This document shows, piece after piece, positions 26,063 through 40,187 of a DNA stretch of 64,000 nt. Each line of letters starts with the position of its first letter. The first letter of the stretch is position 1. The stretch comes from Octopus vulgaris. Lineage: Eukaryota. Made by a program: the position numbers and the translations under genes. A model generated the notes under the pieces. It did not search any database. It was given only the letters and a program-made list of their open reading frames with translations, and was not told the origin of the DNA. The stretch is taken from positions 43,028,001-43,092,000 of the forward strand of contig OX597815.1 in assembly GCA_951406725.2 (NCBI GenBank), in the 5' to 3' direction.

Positions 26063-26360
26063 AATGAAACAATGACAAAATATCAAAGATGACAGATACA
26101 GTTATAGACGATCATCATTTTCCTTACCTTGTGTTTTATCGGTTTCTAACAGTTGACATTGCACAAAATCACATGTACCCTTAATACGTTTTGTATGGTA
26201 TTTGGTATACTTGTATTTGTCTACGTTGTCCAAATACATACAACTGGCCGCTCTGGGTTATTTCTCTTCGCTTATTTCTGTCTAAATTATGCAAATTGTC
26301 TAGGCCATAAATATGGTTTACTCTTTTTTGTATAAGTCTAAGTCCCTTTGCCACTGGAGA

Positions 26361-26416
26361 TATAGTCGTACTGACGACGGTTATAGAGCCTGATACACGT
26401 GATAACCACGACTGTG
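26361..26416 (+). ncRNA. Degenerate hammerhead-like motif
   Basis: TATAGTCGTA-CTGACGA-C-GGTT-ATAG-AGCC-TGATA-CACGTG-...ACGACTGTG. Confidence 0.35.
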
Positions 26417-26647
26417 TTCATACTCCAGACAATAAGCCTGTCCTTTCCCTCAAAGGTATATGAACATTAGAGAGTTCTTGATTCTTGTGATTATCTCCCC
26501 TTCTCAAATGGAACTGCTCTTAATTGCCATTTGGTAATTATTACACTCCAGCTCAAGGCGGAAATAATTTCAATAAATCACGAATTTGTGTTGTATAGTA
26601 TTTCATATACTTGTATTTGTTTACACACGCACACACACACACACACT

Positions 26648-26679
<32 letters not shown>

Positions 26680-26715
26680 CTTACATACACACATACAGCT
26701 ACTCTATCCAGATTA

Positions 26716-27097
26716 GAAGTTCAAGTTTATACCCGTAATTATTAAGGCACTGGGATATGTAACACACTGCCTAAATACCAACCTTGAAAACTTAGGCTTC
26801 TCAAAGCCAGAAAGGAGAAAGCTAATTCGAAGTGAACAAATCCAATCTATCACTGGAACTGTAAAAATCTGTAAAACTTTTAAGAAGTTTATCATTTAAG
26901 TATATATGAGCATGTTTGGACATGCAACTATATGCATGAGAATACAGACATAGAAAAAACTTACAAATCTATACATATACATGCATACCGAAAAAACCCT
27001 GTTGATGTTGAAATTCCATTGAAGGAGCCTTGGATCTAGGTTAGAAACCGGGTCTTTTTCTATTGGCCGCAAATCTTGCAATAAAACTGAGTAATTG
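26716..27097 (+). mobile_element. R4/Dong-clade LINE 3' end, second copy
   Basis: FKFIPVIIKALGYVTHCL...TGTVKICKTF plus a 3' UTR homologous to 12463-13020. Ends in (CATA)n. Confidence 0.85.
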
Positions 27098-27670
27098 CAT
27101 ACATACATACATACATATTTGCATGCATTCATGCATACATACATGCATGCATACATACATACATATTTACATACATACATGCATACATACATACATACAT
27201 ACATACATACATACATACATACATACATACATACGTGTGTGTGAGTGCGTGCGTGCGTGTGTGTGTGTGTGTGTAATTCTACAACTGATATAAAGCACAC
27301 TTCGTGTATTGGTATTTTCTGCATTGCATGGAATTTCGTGATTTTCCATTTTAGCAGCTGCTACAAGTAGTAATTACACTTCGGAGAAAGTAATCTATGT
27401 TAATAAACATGATAAAAAGAGTCAGTGTCATTTTACATTAAAATGTTAACAATAACACCTGTGCTGAGTTTTTTATTCATAATGTTACCCCAAACCTTTT
27501 TGTCACACGCTATTTTACATGTATTATGGAAAATGTTAGTTAATAAATATCCCATATTGTATCAGTTGGTAGGAAAAAAGTACATGAATCTTTCTATTCA
27601 TATCTGTAGTTGAAATAAAAGTATTTCTTTATGTGACTCTATATAAACGACTCAAATGTTTAATATTAAT

Positions 27671-27833
27671 GACGCAGGAGCGGCTATGTGGTAATTAGCT
27701 TGCTTACCAACCACACGGTTCCGAGTTCAGTCCCACTGCGTGGCACCTTGGGCAAGTGTCTTCTACTATAGCCTCGGGCCGACCAAAGCCTTGTGAGTGT
27801 ATTTGGTAGACGGAAACTGAAAAAAAGCCCGTC

Positions 27834-27930
<97 letters not shown>

Positions 27931-28121
27931 TATGTTTGTCCCCGCAACAACAGCTGCTGGTATGTTTACATCCCCGTCACATAGCCGTTCGACAAAAGGG
28001 ACCGATAGAATAAGTACTAGGCTTACAAAGAATACCTTCTGGGGTCGATTTGCTCCACTAAAGGTGGTTCTTCAGCATGGCCGCAGTCAACTGACTGAAA
28101 CAAGTAAAAGAGTAAAAGAGT
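27671..28121 (+). mobile_element. Full-length family A SINE
   Basis: Head, CORE-like segment, internal (TA)(GT)n, tail AAGAGTAAAAGAGT. Confidence 0.9.
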
Positions 28122-28309
28122 AAACTGTAGATAATAGCAGAGAAAATTTTTTTTTACTACGTTGGAAATCTCTTTCTGATGTACTTATTCAAACAGAACA
28201 AGGTATAAAAGGATATTGTGTTATGGCTCAGGGGAAAGAAAAGTAAAAGACAGTGAGGGAGAATAAAAGATAAAACTCTGAAGATTCTGAAACACTCAGA
28301 GCTTAGCAA

Positions 28310-28530
28310 TAGGACTTAAAATGAAACGCATGAAAACAAAATATGTGGTCCGAAGACGTAGCAGAAGCCGAATAGAGGTGAGAAGAGATGAACTCGAGGC
28401 GGTAAAGGAGTACGTTTACTAGGGCACACGACGAATATGCGTCGAGATATGGATGCTGAAATCTTAAAGAGAATAAAGGCAAAAGGGAAGGCATTTAACT
28501 CAAGAATGTGTTCAATACATGTCTTAAGGT
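28310..28530 (+). mobile_element. RTE-clade LINE RT fragment
   Basis: GLKMKRMKTKYV...ELEAVKEYVY*G...DMDAEILKRIKAKGKAF. Confidence 0.6.
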
Positions 28531-28711
28531 TCACAAACAACAGGTGGACTTGTGCAATTACTGAGAGGTATATAAGGGATCGGAAAGGCCTCCACGATGA
28601 TAGGAATACAATTTAGTTAAGCAAGTGGGGTCAAAAATGCAAAAGAATGGTGCAATTAAGACAGAATTGGATTCGCATTGTGACAATGCGTGTGGTCTAT
28701 AATGTGATACT

Positions 28712-28748
<37 letters not shown>

Positions 28749-28749
28749 G

Positions 28750-28782
<33 letters not shown>

Positions 28783-28803
28783 TCACACACACACACTCAC
28801 ACA

Positions 28804-28853
<50 letters not shown>

Positions 28854-28936
28854 AAATGAGTGCTCAATACCACATGGTGGATTTGATTTCTTAATTTGTT
28901 TTATGTTAAAAAAAACATTGGTTTCATGTTAAGAAA

Positions 28937-29303
28937 GTCTCGTTTAGTTCGCGGAGATTCTCGTGAATAAAACAATGAGTCAAGGGACGTTACTCTTGAG
29001 TGACATCTTTTGAATGTTTGTCTCTTTTGGGTTTGTCTTTTGGGTAAACTGTGTGACCAATTTGTTTGCATTATTTTACTTTTGTTCTGGGTGTGGTGTT
29101 CTTATACTTGTGTGCTGATACAGTAAAATTTAAAACCTACCACAAACCGAACGAGGAAGCCTCGCACATGGACGTAAGTTTCACACAACAGTTTGCCCAA
29201 AAGACAAATAAAAGGGAGAAAATATTCAAAAGATGCCACTCAAGAGAAACGTCCATCGATTCATTGTTTTATTCACGAGAATCTCGGTGAAATAAACAAG
29301 ACA
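28937..29303. repeat. Imperfect inverted repeat, ~120-bp arms
   Basis: GAGATTCTCGTGAATAAAACAATGA ... TCATTGTTTTATTCACGAGAATCTC, with matching flanks. Confidence 0.9.
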
Positions 29304-29858
29304 ATGGTTCGCAAAATGGAGGCGAACACTTTTCTCTATGTGACCGGCTTCAGCAATTGCTAGGACTGTAGGATATTTTCCTACTTTTCTTGACAGGAAA
29401 CCAATTGTAGCTTTAATTCACAAATATATATGTGTGTGTGTGTGTGCGTGTGTGAGTATACGGAGAGAGAGAGGGGGTGAGATAGATAGATAGACAGATT
29501 AAAAAAAAACTGTGGTTGCGTTAATACAAAAAAAAAGTATTCAATTAAAGCATCAAGCAAGAATTTCTATTGTTTTCATCTTTAATTTTCTCTGCTAGAA
29601 GAACGGGTACTAGGTTAGCCTATATTAACAACTATATTTACGAAATACACACATAAATCATCAACTTTTTAACGTCATAGAAAATCGCAAGAACGAAAGA
29701 TAAACAACAGAATAGAGATTACGCTTTAAACAAAATATTTGGAAATCATTAGCATTAACAGTTAACCTGCTCTGAAATTTCATCTGCTGAAACCAAATAC
29801 TATATTAAACCGAGTTAAATCAACTTTGTACGTTCACTGCATGTTTATATGCCTTTAT

Positions 29859-29940
<82 letters not shown>

Positions 29941-30245
29941 AAGCGCATATGTTAGGAATATACACAGGTTAGACAGAGAACTTACAAGGAAAGGAAATGA
30001 AAAGAAATCGAAGTTTTATTTTCATGAATATAATTAATTCTATATTTTATGCTACCATATGTATAAAATTCTGAAGCACACGCTGAGATGGTGAAAAATG
30101 TTGAAGTAAAAGCAAAGTATACTGCCTCAGAAAATTTCAGATTCTTCAATTTTGTTTTTTTAATTATAATTATGATTTGTTGTTCTGTTTCTCAGAAAAA
30201 GAAGTAAAACAAGCGAACAAACTAGGAACTATGCATATGTTTATG

Positions 30246-30313
<68 letters not shown>

Positions 30314-30343
30314 GTATATATATCAAACAATGAAAGACTTAAG

Positions 30344-30414
<71 letters not shown>

Positions 30415-30434
30415 ATATATATATTTACACACAT

Positions 30435-30650
30435 ATTGACAACCGATGCTGGTGTGTTTATGTCCCCGTAACCTAGCGGTTCGGCAAAAGACACCGATAG
30501 GCCTCCAAAGAATAAGTCCTGGGGTCGATTTGATCGACTAAAGGCGGTGCTCCAGCATGGCCACAGTCACATGACAAACAAGTAAAAGAGTAAAAGATAG
30601 TAGTGTTGATTTGTTCGACTAAAATCCTCCAAGGCGTTGCCCCAGCATGG
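30435..30650 (+). mobile_element. Family A SINE 3' half with duplicated tail
   Basis: TTGACAACCGATGCTGGTGTG...AAGGCGGTGCTCCAGCATGG. Confidence 0.85.
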
Positions 30651-31253
30651 CATGTGTGTGTATGTGTGTGTGTGTGTGTGTTGTGTGTGTGTCTGTGTCT
30701 GTGTGTGTGTGTACTCTGTATGTGTGTGTGTGTTGTGTGTGTGTCTGTGTCTGTGTGTGCGTGTACTCTGTATGTGTGCTCGTATTAACACATACAGATA
30801 CATATCCAGAGTCCATAATAACCAATGTAAACATATTTCACTCCTATGAAACATGCAAAAGAATGAATAGATTTCACCTTCATTAGAGAAGAAGCTCCAC
30901 TTTGGTGTTCTGTCATTCGACACTCCATCAACACCATTACGAAAGAAAAATCAACACCATTTCATCTATGTTCAGTCAATCGTGACTAATATGACAGTGT
31001 CTGATAATGCAGACACCTCATCCCATCGGCCTTAACACAGCTTAGGTAGATAAATATATCCCATCATCTAACCGACTACCAGTTTTACCTACAACGCATC
31101 CCAGCCGGGTATGTTCAGAATAAGTGCATCTCTAGCGTAGCTAGATCTCCTTATTTATCATGCAACGCTTTTGTTGTTTTGCTGGTATTTTTCTATATTC
31201 TCTGTATTGATATCGACATAACCACATGAGTATTCTAAGCCAACATATCATTG

Positions 31254-31306
<53 letters not shown>

Positions 31307-31365
31307 GCGCATACACATACATATGCACGTACATCATACAATGTCACAACAACATTCCTTTACTA

Positions 31366-31422
<57 letters not shown>

Positions 31423-31552
31423 TTATGTAAATATGTATGTATATGTATATGTATATATATATATATATACATACGTATATATATATGTATATATATATGT
31501 ATATATAAATATAAAATGGCTACGGTTATATAAATGAGAAGAAAACAAAGGA

Positions 31553-31592
31553 CCACTGATGCGGTCACAGGAGTGTGACGAAAGAACTTTGG
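31553..31592 (+). ncRNA. Hammerhead-like motif
   Basis: CCA-CTGATGC-G-GTCACA-GGAG-TGTGAC-GAAA-GAAC-TT-TGG, in a ~190-bp insert between (TA)n arrays. Confidence 0.5.
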
Positions 31593-31690
31593 CCGAAATA
31601 AGATTAAGATTAATGTAAAAAATAAATATCACTGAAGCAAAATAACACCAAATATATATGGGGTTTTATGGAATATGACCATTCAAATAT

Positions 31691-31730
<40 letters not shown>

Positions 31731-31738
31731 TATATATA

Positions 31739-31773
<35 letters not shown>

Positions 31774-32006
31774 ATACATGTATATATAAATCTGCTGAGA
31801 TGATTTGAAAACACAACACCTAATAACATAACGGTATATTTTTTCTACCCGTCTGATGAGATGTTGCCTAATACAATGAGTTTATTATTGTAATTTAATC
31901 TTTTAGACTAAACTGAAACGGGTGTAAGAAAATATGTTGAATTTTTGCACATAATAAATTATATTAATGCTATATCTTCATTTTCTAAAATGCCATATAT
32001 CTCTTA

Positions 32007-32047
<41 letters not shown>

Positions 32048-32122
32048 TAGTCAGGGAAATATTGTAGCAACACAGTGTATGGCAAATGTGTATACGCATG
32101 TGTTGTATGTGTGTGTGTGCGC

Positions 32123-32173
<51 letters not shown>

Positions 32174-32192
32174 CGTATATATATATACATGC

Positions 32193-32232
<40 letters not shown>

Positions 32233-32234
32233 GC

Positions 32235-32273
<39 letters not shown>

Positions 32274-32985
32274 CATACATATATATACATATATATATAT
32301 ACACATATATATATACATATATATATGTATATACATATATATACATGCATATATAAATATATACATACACTTACACACACACACAGACACACACACACAT
32401 ATACACACACACATACAGTAAGACAGAGCGAGACACAGATAGTCGAAGCTAGACAGAGAGACAAACAGAGAATGAGAGAGGAGTAAATGAGAAAGAAAGG
32501 AAAATAGACAGGCTTATGCAGACAGACAGATAGATATATGGATATATGTAAAGTAAATACGTGAAAGAGCTGTGAGTATGCTCATGAAATATACAGGGAA
32601 AGTACCAACTGACATTAAAAAGCAGAGAAATGCCTAAATTAGACCAGTAGTTAAACATGTTGTTTTAAGAATTTAAATAAAAGAAAAAGAAGGAAGGCAG
32701 AAGATGAGTGGATATAAGCAAATGTAACAAACTGGTGCTAAACAGTTCCTTGCAGTCCAGGTAGTGGTTGGATCTGTTCGCTGTGGGATGACATGAGATG
32801 GCACATGAGTAAATAAATGACGTTTGACACCTGACAAAAGAGTGACACAAACATGTCAAAAAAAGGCTTGCGATCAGTCGATTATTAAATAGATACATTT
32901 ATCACACACTTATACGCTTTTACACTGACAAACATTTGCGCGCGCGCGCGTGCGTGTGTGTGTATATCTGTGTGTGTGTATGTAC

Positions 32986-33415
32986 AGTGCGGCTATGTGG
33001 TAAGAAGCTTGCTTCCCAACCGCATGGTTCTAGGTTCAGTCTCACTGCGTGGCACTTTGGGTCTCTTCGACTATAGCCACGGGTCGACCAAATCCTTGTG
33101 AGTAGGTTTGGTAGGTGGAAACTGAAAGAAGACCGCTTTATACATACACACACATAGACACACACACACATATATATATATATGCGTGTGTGTGTGTGCG
33201 TGTGTCTTTGTGTCTGTGTCTGTTCACCCACCATTGCTTGACAATCGATGCTGGTGTGTTTACGTCCCCGTAACAAGCGGTTCGGCAAAAGAGACCGATA
33301 GTATAAGTACTAGGCTTACAACGAATAAGTCCTGGAGTCAATTTCTTCTACTAAAACCCTTTAAGGCGTTACTCCAGCATGGCTGCAGTAAAATGACCGA
33401 AACAAGTAAAAGAAT
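32986..33415 (+). mobile_element. Family A SINE
   Basis: Consensus match. An inverted 3' half follows at about 33445-33660. Confidence 0.88.
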
Positions 33416-33794
33416 AATAAAATAACAGAATATATGTATATGTATTTCTTGTTTCAATCATTAGACAGCGCCGATGCTAGAGTACCGTCTTGAATCGAAC
33501 CCAATATCTATTTTCTTATAACCCAGTACTTATTCCATCGGTACCTTTTGCCGAACTGCTTGGTTTTGGGGACTTACACAAACCAATACCAGCCGTCAAG
33601 TGGTAGGGAATAAACACAAACGTATACAAATGTATGTGTGTGTGTGTGTTTACGACGGGATATATAAATATACGTGTGTATGTGTATTTATAATATGTAT
33701 TATATATATATATATTACAGATATAGGGTGAAATATAATTAATTTAATAAAATCAACATATTTCACCTAGTAGTATTTCGGTATATTTTTACTA

Positions 33795-33833
<39 letters not shown>

Positions 33834-34136
33834 GCAAACACACACATACAGAGGGAATATATATATATATATATATATATAAGAGCAGAAATTAATATTA
33901 TTAAATAGTATTAAATAATATCAGTTTAAACTAGTGGCCAGCATATTTAAAAACGTCCGAGGACCAAGTGCAATGTTTATTTCTTTTCATTTATCTAGCT
34001 TGTAAACATCTAGCGCATTACTATGTTGGGAACACAGAGTTCGTGGTAAGACGGTTTGACGTCTACTTTTAGCATACGAGGGATCCATATAGTGATCTCC
34101 AATATTGTTTATGTATATATATATATATATATATAT

Positions 34137-34343
34137 CGTTAATCCAAACACGAACAAAGAGAAAACAAAACAACGCGAGGACGTGGAACAAGTATAGTGT
34201 TATTGGACGCTCAGGAAAGGAAAGAAAGAAGGAGGATTTAACGTTTTGAGCGGAGCTCTTCGTCAGAAACATAGAAAAAGGAAAGGTCCAAGGAAGGGAA
34301 GACGGAGAAAGAAAATCGCCAACAGTACACACGTGGTCACATA
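34137..34343 (-). mobile_element. ~210-bp hammerhead-bearing unit, copy 2 (motif 34236-34270)
   Basis: GTTT-CTGACGA-A-GAGC-TCC-GCTC-AAAA-CG-TT-AAAT. Both sides abut (TA)n. Confidence 0.8.
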
Positions 34344-34401
34344 TTGGAAATATATATATACGTGTGTATGTGTGTGTATAATATATATATATGTGTGTGT
34401 G

Positions 34402-34459
<58 letters not shown>

Positions 34460-34790
34460 CACAAACACACACACATACAAATAATTCTAACAAATTAAAA
34501 CATTTACTCAGCAGGATTGCATATGTATATATTTGATAATGCTGTGAATTGTAAATCATTAGTGCTGTATAGCAATGACGGTTTCGTTTCACTGAAACTC
34601 TAAAAGACTTCAAATTTTATAGCTAACAATGAGATTTTCACAATTCGTTCCTTCGACAATTTTTTCAACCCAATTAACACGGAAGTACCTATAGGTGTGC
34701 ATGCGCTTATCCGTGCCGACCTGTTTGTTCACTGTCTGAATATAATCGTGAGTATTTATATGGAGACGCAGAGGGACATATACACTCAAA

Positions 34791-34839
<49 letters not shown>

Positions 34840-35864
34840 TGTGTTTATATGTGTCAGTGTATGTATGCATATAGTCACAATTCGCAGCACCGCCAACCAA
34901 CTTGTGAAGATACACACCTGCATTCCTATTGAGTAAATGTTTTCATATGTTTTAATTATTTATCTATACATGTTAATATGTCTATATGTTGCATGAATGT
35001 GTATATGCAAGCATGTATGCATGCATGAACATTAATATCTCTCTATGTATATATGTATGTAAATATGCATGTATGTATATATGTATACATATTAGGATAC
35101 ATATGCATATGAGGGTTTTATTTGTGTACTTGAAAAGATGTTGACTCTGTGTGTATGCGCGTGTGTGTGTGTGTAAGCATGAAAATCTTCATGCATTCCC
35201 ATCCAGGGATCCTGGTACCAGTAGTAACTGGAGAATCAAATTCTCACCCGAAGTGAAATTTTCAATGTAGCAGCCTCCTGCTGTAATGATGTAGTAGTCA
35301 GGTGCTGGCTTTAACGATAATTTAGTTTATAAAGTGAATCCTCACCTATATTATGCATTCAGAAAAGTCAGAAAGTGGCCAATCATTTCCTTCAGCTTTC
35401 CCGTATAGCATATATTTCCAAGACCTTCCTATGTCATATAAGGCACCACTTTACGATTACAGGCAGTTATCCTAAACTCTTCAACGCACATTATATCAAG
35501 TTTAGTTATTTATGTCCAGACAATACTGTTTCCAGAACGACAAAATACACATCTGAACAGCCTCTGCACCAGCAAGTAGCTGTAACTTCTAAAATCAGAG
35601 TACTTATGCGCTAAGAGGCACCACTCTTTCTAAGATCGTTATATAGGCTGCAATACTGACATCAAAAAACGGTGTGGTCTATATTTTCATTCCTCTATAT
35701 CAAGAGAAAAAGTATGCACTTTTCCTCTGTCTCATTTTATGTGGAAACGTATAAACGAAGGGCATGACGTTAAATCAAAATGTGAAGCGTTCTCACTAGA
35801 GTTCTCCATACTTTAGGTAAATACACAATTGCAAACCCTACTTGTTCCAAGAAGTTAAATATTC

Positions 35865-36025
35865 TTTTCTATTCTAGGCACAAGGCCGAAACTTTGTGAG
35901 AAGGGGGCCAGTCGATGAGATCGACCCTAGTATGCAACTGGTACTTAATTTATCGACCCCAAAATGATGAAAGGCAAAGTCGACCTCGGCTGAATTTGAA
36001 CTCAGAACGTAAAGACAGACGTAAC
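35865..36025 (-). mobile_element. Family B SINE (partial)
   Basis: Consensus match. Confidence 0.85.
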
Positions 36026-36268
36026 ATTTTTTATTTATTAAAGCTGCAAAAACATAAAAAATACTCTTCCGTTCTTGATCACAACTGTCCAATGAACGGG
36101 AACGTGAAACTCTGTGTGACAGTTTTTTGTGATGTTTTGCAGCTTTAATAACGAAAGAAAATATATTCATACACACACACGCACACACACATACATACAT
36201 CCATGCATATATATATGCATATACATATATATATGTATATAAGTATATGCATATATATATGCATACAC

Positions 36269-36313
<45 letters not shown>

Positions 36314-36315
36314 TA

Positions 36316-36355
<40 letters not shown>

Positions 36356-36939
36356 TATGATTTTTTTATTCGGCTGTGTACGTGTGAATATGTGAGTGTA
36401 TGTACGAGCATGCAAAATGTGTGTATATCGGAAAAGAAAGTGAATCCATACTCCTATGTCATAAAATTCAAAGCTATACGTTCGTCACTACATCCAGAAT
36501 AAATGTGTTATTACATCCAGCGTTATTCATAAGCGAAAACTTTCGGAACGACACACCTGCTATCTAGTGTTGAGGTTCATAGCTCTTGATTCAGCTCTTT
36601 GGAGTCACGTTTCACATTCATGATTGACTAGTTGAAGAAATTTCCTCGTTGAAGTTATTTACACCCTCGCGTTAACAATATTTAAACAGTTATAATTGAA
36701 AATCCGACCGTACCATGTGATCACGGATATAGGCATGCACTCCTACAACCCTAACACAACCATAGTTACATGCACACACACACACGCGCGCGCGCGCACA
36801 CACACACACACACATACATGCACACACACACATAAACACATAGACACATCAATACATACATAAAGATGTATACATACATACATACATATATATATATATG
36901 TGAGTGTGTATGTGCGCGCGTGTAAAAGATATAAATATA

Positions 36940-37560
36940 TACGTGGTCTGATGAATAAGTATCCAGACTGTTGCCGTAGTAACGAAGCAAAAGCACGCAG
37001 AGTAAAGCCGCTTGAGGAAGATTGACTTTGAGTGCTGCTGTGCATGCGCACTTAGTTTTAACGTTTTAACTCCCTACCACTGTTTACAGCAGTACTTGGA
37101 AGGAACGTGTGTAGGGTGTGGTCGTCGCATTGACCATCTCAGAGGAAGCTGAGCAGAGAATCTGCATCCAATTTTGCCAAGAACCTGGCGATACCTGCTC
37201 AGAGGGCTACATAAAGATTTTCAGTACGTTTTCATCGTTCTCGACATCAACAAGGTCTCGTGCAAGGTCTTTTTGGACAGCTGAAAGTAGTTTTGGCACA
37301 AACTTGGCAGACACCCGTCTCATACTCAAATATTTAGTGATAATGGACTGAAATGAACTGTAACAAATCTGCACATCCTCTGATAACTCACGGATGGTGA
37401 TTCGACAATTTCCTCTCGTAGATGCGATGTTTTTCTCAGTTCTGTTGGTTGCGGGCCTCCCAGAATGTTCGTCACTAATGATATTTTCTCGGCCATCTTG
37501 GAAACGTCTGACCCACTCGTACAATTGTGTGCGGCTCGTACACTCCTCTCCAAAAATACC
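36940..37560. mobile_element. Mariner 5' fragment with internal inversion
   Basis: The + strand reads EQRICIQFCQEPGDTCSEGYIK. The continuation YEWVRRFQDGRE..SGRP..FVPKLL is on the - strand. Confidence 0.8.
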
Positions 37561-37596
37561 TTAGGAATGAGAACCCAGGTTCAAAATTTTCCCAAG

Positions 37597-37640
37597 ACAC
37601 CTGATGAAGGCTGGAGGGCATATCAGCCAAAACGTTGTGT
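37597..37640 (+). ncRNA. Minimal type I hammerhead motif (GAAA mutated to AAAA)
   Basis: ACAC-CTGATGA-A-GGCTG-(10 nt)-CAGCC-AAAA-CG-TT-GTGT. Confidence 0.65.
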
Positions 37641-38219
37641 TAACAACAAAATAAGGACAAATACCTGTCAAATGTAAATAATGTAAATAATAATTTACTT
37701 TTGTTTTAAATTGGAAGAGAGGAGAACGAGAAAGATGTATGAACGTGTATATGAAATGGACGCGTATGTGTGTGAGAAAGAGGGAGCGAGTGAGAGGGAG
37801 AGCCATTTACACAGACTATGTGTGTGTATATGTCATAGATAGCGGATGTGTGTTTGTGTTGATTGACACGCGATGACATTCATTATATGTGTGAGTGTTC
37901 TGTATGTGTGTAGGTGTGTGACATCACGGAAGCCATGTTTTTTTTTTGTCAAGATATAACAAATATATATTAGGCTTTAAAAAAATAAGTGCTGGCAGCG
38001 ATTCGCTCGACTAGACCCCTCAAAGCGGTGCCCTAAAATGGCCGCGGTCTCGTTAACGAAACAACTAAAGGATGAAATAAAGATATGTAAATCTTCAATT
38101 TCTTAGCTGCAAAGACATCTTTTTATTCTCTAATAGGTTGATATGAATTTCTGTCAATTGTCGCAAGTTTTATTGAGTTCTGTGATGTGATAATACTAAT
38201 ACTGATATTAGGAATGGAA

Positions 38220-38375
38220 AAGGCGGCGAACAGAAAGAATTGTTAGCACGCCGGGCAAAATGCTCAGCGATATTTCGTCCTCTTTTACGTTCTGAGTTCA
38301 AATTCCGTTCAGGTAGACATTGACTTTCATCCTTTAGGGGTTAAAAAAAGAAGTACCAGTTGAGCACTGGGTTTG
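38220..38375 (+). mobile_element. Family B SINE
   Basis: Consensus match. Confidence 0.8.
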
Positions 38376-38505
38376 AGCACTACGCCTCTATTTGACCACT
38401 ATTAAGGATCACTGCTGAATTTTCCACAAATCACTCCCCGCTGTCTAGACATGGTCTAGAAAAGTGTTGGAATGTCTTCAAAGACTTTTGATGTATGTCT
38501 ACTTG

Positions 38506-38572
<67 letters not shown>

Positions 38573-38574
<2 letters not shown>

Positions 38575-38829
38575 AATATATGCACAACGAAGTACCGATA
38601 TTTACTGGAAAATAGGAACGTAATAAATACGACACTAATGTATATTCACCGCGTATGTACTAGCAAAAATGCGTGTGTGCAACAAACTTGAAAAAAATTG
38701 TCTTACCTCTAAGTTTGTTGCACACACACATTTTTGCTAGTACATACGCGGTAGCTATACATTAGCGTCGTATTTATTACGTTCGCTATTTTCTAGTAAA
38801 TATCGGTACTTCGTTGTGCCATATATTTA
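38573..38829. repeat. Imperfect inverted repeat, ~117-bp arms, 21-bp spacer
   Basis: GCACAACGAAGTACCGATATTTACT...CAACAAACTT versus AAGTTTGTTG...AGTAAATATCGGTACTTCGTTGTGC. Confidence 0.92.
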
Positions 38830-38893
38830 CTTCTATGTATAATTTTCCCTCACGGGCTATTCTTTACTGGAAAGCAATACTCTCGTATTGTAT

Positions 38894-38938
<45 letters not shown>

Positions 38939-38943
38939 CACAC

Positions 38944-39107
38944 ACGACGGGCTTCTTTCAGTTTCAGTCTACCAAATCTACTCACAAGGCTTAGGTCGGC
39001 CAAAGGCTATAGTAGAAAACACTTGCCTAAGGTTCCACGCTATGGGACTGAACCCGGAACCATGTGGTTTGGAAGCAAGCGTCTTACCACACAGCCACTC
39101 CTGCGCC
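38944..39107 (-). mobile_element. Family A SINE 5' half
   Basis: Consensus match. Confidence 0.85.
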
Positions 39108-39784
39108 TATAAATTTTGAGATAAAAGTTATCCACTGCAATTTGAAAAGACAAAAAACATGAAGCTCACGCATTCATATTTCTCATCGTTTATAGATTTC
39201 AGAGTCATGTATCTGTGAAAAGGTCCAATACTGATCACATTTGATGTACATATTGCTCTTTAAGAAAATTAATATCACTTCAAACTATGCTTATGAATAT
39301 GTCTGCTCAGATTTCATGCATACAACCAATATAGTAGAAGCTTAATCTATAACAAAAGATATCTTTGTAATCGCTTTGAGATAATCTGCATTGAAACAGT
39401 CTGAAAGTGTGTGTATCTTTAGTGTGCGCAGGCCATCTGCTTTTAATCTGCGTCGGTAAAAAAAAATAACAATAAGAAAAAGTCAAGATAGAATATGTAA
39501 AAGAAAAAAAGGAGGCCCCTAGGGGAGAACAGCAATCCTTTTCCAAGAAGGACAAGGCCGAAGTTAGATAAATAAACAATGGTTGTACTTCTAGATTTAA
39601 GCAACACGCGTCAGGTGCACGCAAGTTCTATGCAAGTCTATACACGTCTATCAAAAACTGCTGGAAGGTAGACGCTCTTTGAGGATGACATTTTAGGGGT
39701 CATGTGTAACGGTATTTTGAGGCAATGATCACGTGATCAACTGCTTTATGCTATATTTGGTTTAATACGAGCAGTAATTATAAC

Positions 39785-39897
<113 letters not shown>

Positions 39898-40055
39898 CAT
39901 ATATACGCATGCATACATACACATATATATATCCCTCATTCTGCCTATGTATCTGTTTCTCCTCTCTCTCACTCTAAGTATGTATACATGTATATGTGTG
40001 TGTATATGTATATATACATATATATGTAAGTAACGTATATATTTATGTATGTATG

Positions 40056-40097
<42 letters not shown>

Positions 40098-40187
40098 CAT
40101 ATATATATATACTCATACGCACATATATTATTACCTACGTACATTCATACATACATGCATGCATATAATCCTCCACCCCAATAATAA

